Assembly (NCBI RefSeq): GCF_963921235.1
Contig: NC_086097.1
Span: forward strand, 251,102,001 to 251,166,000
Direction of reading: 5' to 3'
Length of the DNA: 64,000 nt
DNA from: Mobula hypostoma
Lineage: Eukaryota
Shown here piece after piece: positions 63,096-64,000 of the stretch (the first letter of the stretch is position 1; every line of letters begins with the position of its first letter). The notes under the pieces were generated by a model. It was given only the letters and a program-made list of their open reading frames with translations. It was not told the DNA's origin and searched no databases. A program made the position numbers and the translations under genes.

Positions 63096-64000
63096 CTACA
63101 AAGAAAATTGTTGTAAAGATCATGATGTGTGGAAGCAACTCTCAGCTCATAGAGCAACACACACAAATTGCTGGAGGAACTTGGCAGGTGAGGCAGCATC
63201 TATGGAGGGCAATAAAGAGTTGATGTTTTGGGCTGAGACTCTTCTTCAGGACTGGAAAGGAAGGGGGAAGATCCCAGAATAAGGAGGTGGAGGGAGGGGA
63301 ATGAATACAAGCTGCAAGATAATAGGTCTTTTTACATTATATGTCAATGATTTGGATGATGGAAACGATGGCTTTGTTGCAAAGTTTGCAGATGACACAA
63401 AGATAGGTGGAGGGGCAGGAGGTTTTCAGGAAGTAGAGAAGCTACAGAGGGACTTAAGACAGATTAGGAGAATGCGCAACTAAATGACAGATGGAACGCA
63501 GTGTTGGGAAGTGTATGGTCATGCACTTTGGCAGAGCAATGAAAAGGTTGGCTATTTTCTAAATAGAGATAAACTACAAAAAACTGAGGTGCAAAGGGAC
63601 TTGGGAGTCCTTGTGCAGGATTCCCTAAAGGTTAATTTGCAGGTTGAGTTTGTGGTTAGGAAGACAAATGCAATGTTAGCATTCATTTCAAGAGGACTAG
63701 AATATAAAAGCAACATTGAGACTTTATAAAGCACTGGTGAGGCCTCATTTGGAGTATTGTGAGCAGATCTGGGCCCTTTATCTTAGAAAGGATGTGCTGA
63801 AACACAAACACCTACGTCAGGTTGCTGTTCATCGACTAAAGCTCAGTATTAAATACCATCAATCCCACAATCCTGATTGAGAAGTTGTAGAACCTGGGCC
63901 TCTGTATCTCCCTCTGCAATTCGATCCTCAACTTCCAACCCGAAAGACCACAATCTGTGAGGATTGGTGATAACATCTCCTCCTCACTGACAATCAACAC

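Overview
Eukaryotic, repeat-rich genomic DNA, most likely from a cartilaginous fish (elasmobranch-type CR1 LINEs, V-SINE/HE1-like SINEs, Rex1/Babar LINEs, Penelope-like elements); the species cannot be fixed from the sequence. Two spliced host genes can be reconstructed by hand with GT-AG junctions and consistent phases. The first is a complete 5-coding-exon, 289-aa RNF41/RNF151-like RING-TRAF-zinc-finger-coiled-coil gene on + (10252..32485). The second is the last four coding exons of VIRMA (KIAA1429) on - (63095..41195), converging on it. A CpG/GC-skewed region at about 2400-3500 looks like the promoter, possibly bidirectional. Most of the rest is transposable elements, often nested. Most interesting observations: (a) a near full-length CR1 whose ORF1 ends on an in-frame G_GGU_UUA_AAC slippery sequence with ORF2 open in the -1 frame; (b) minimal type I hammerhead ribozymes from two Penelope-like families, with two intact cores 378 nt apart in sense orientation in one VIRMA intron; (c) a Penelope insertion whose truncated 5' end is about 24 G-rich 49-bp iterations of its own sequence enclosed by the TSD. 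All coordinates were read by eye; TE boundaries without a TSD are approximate.
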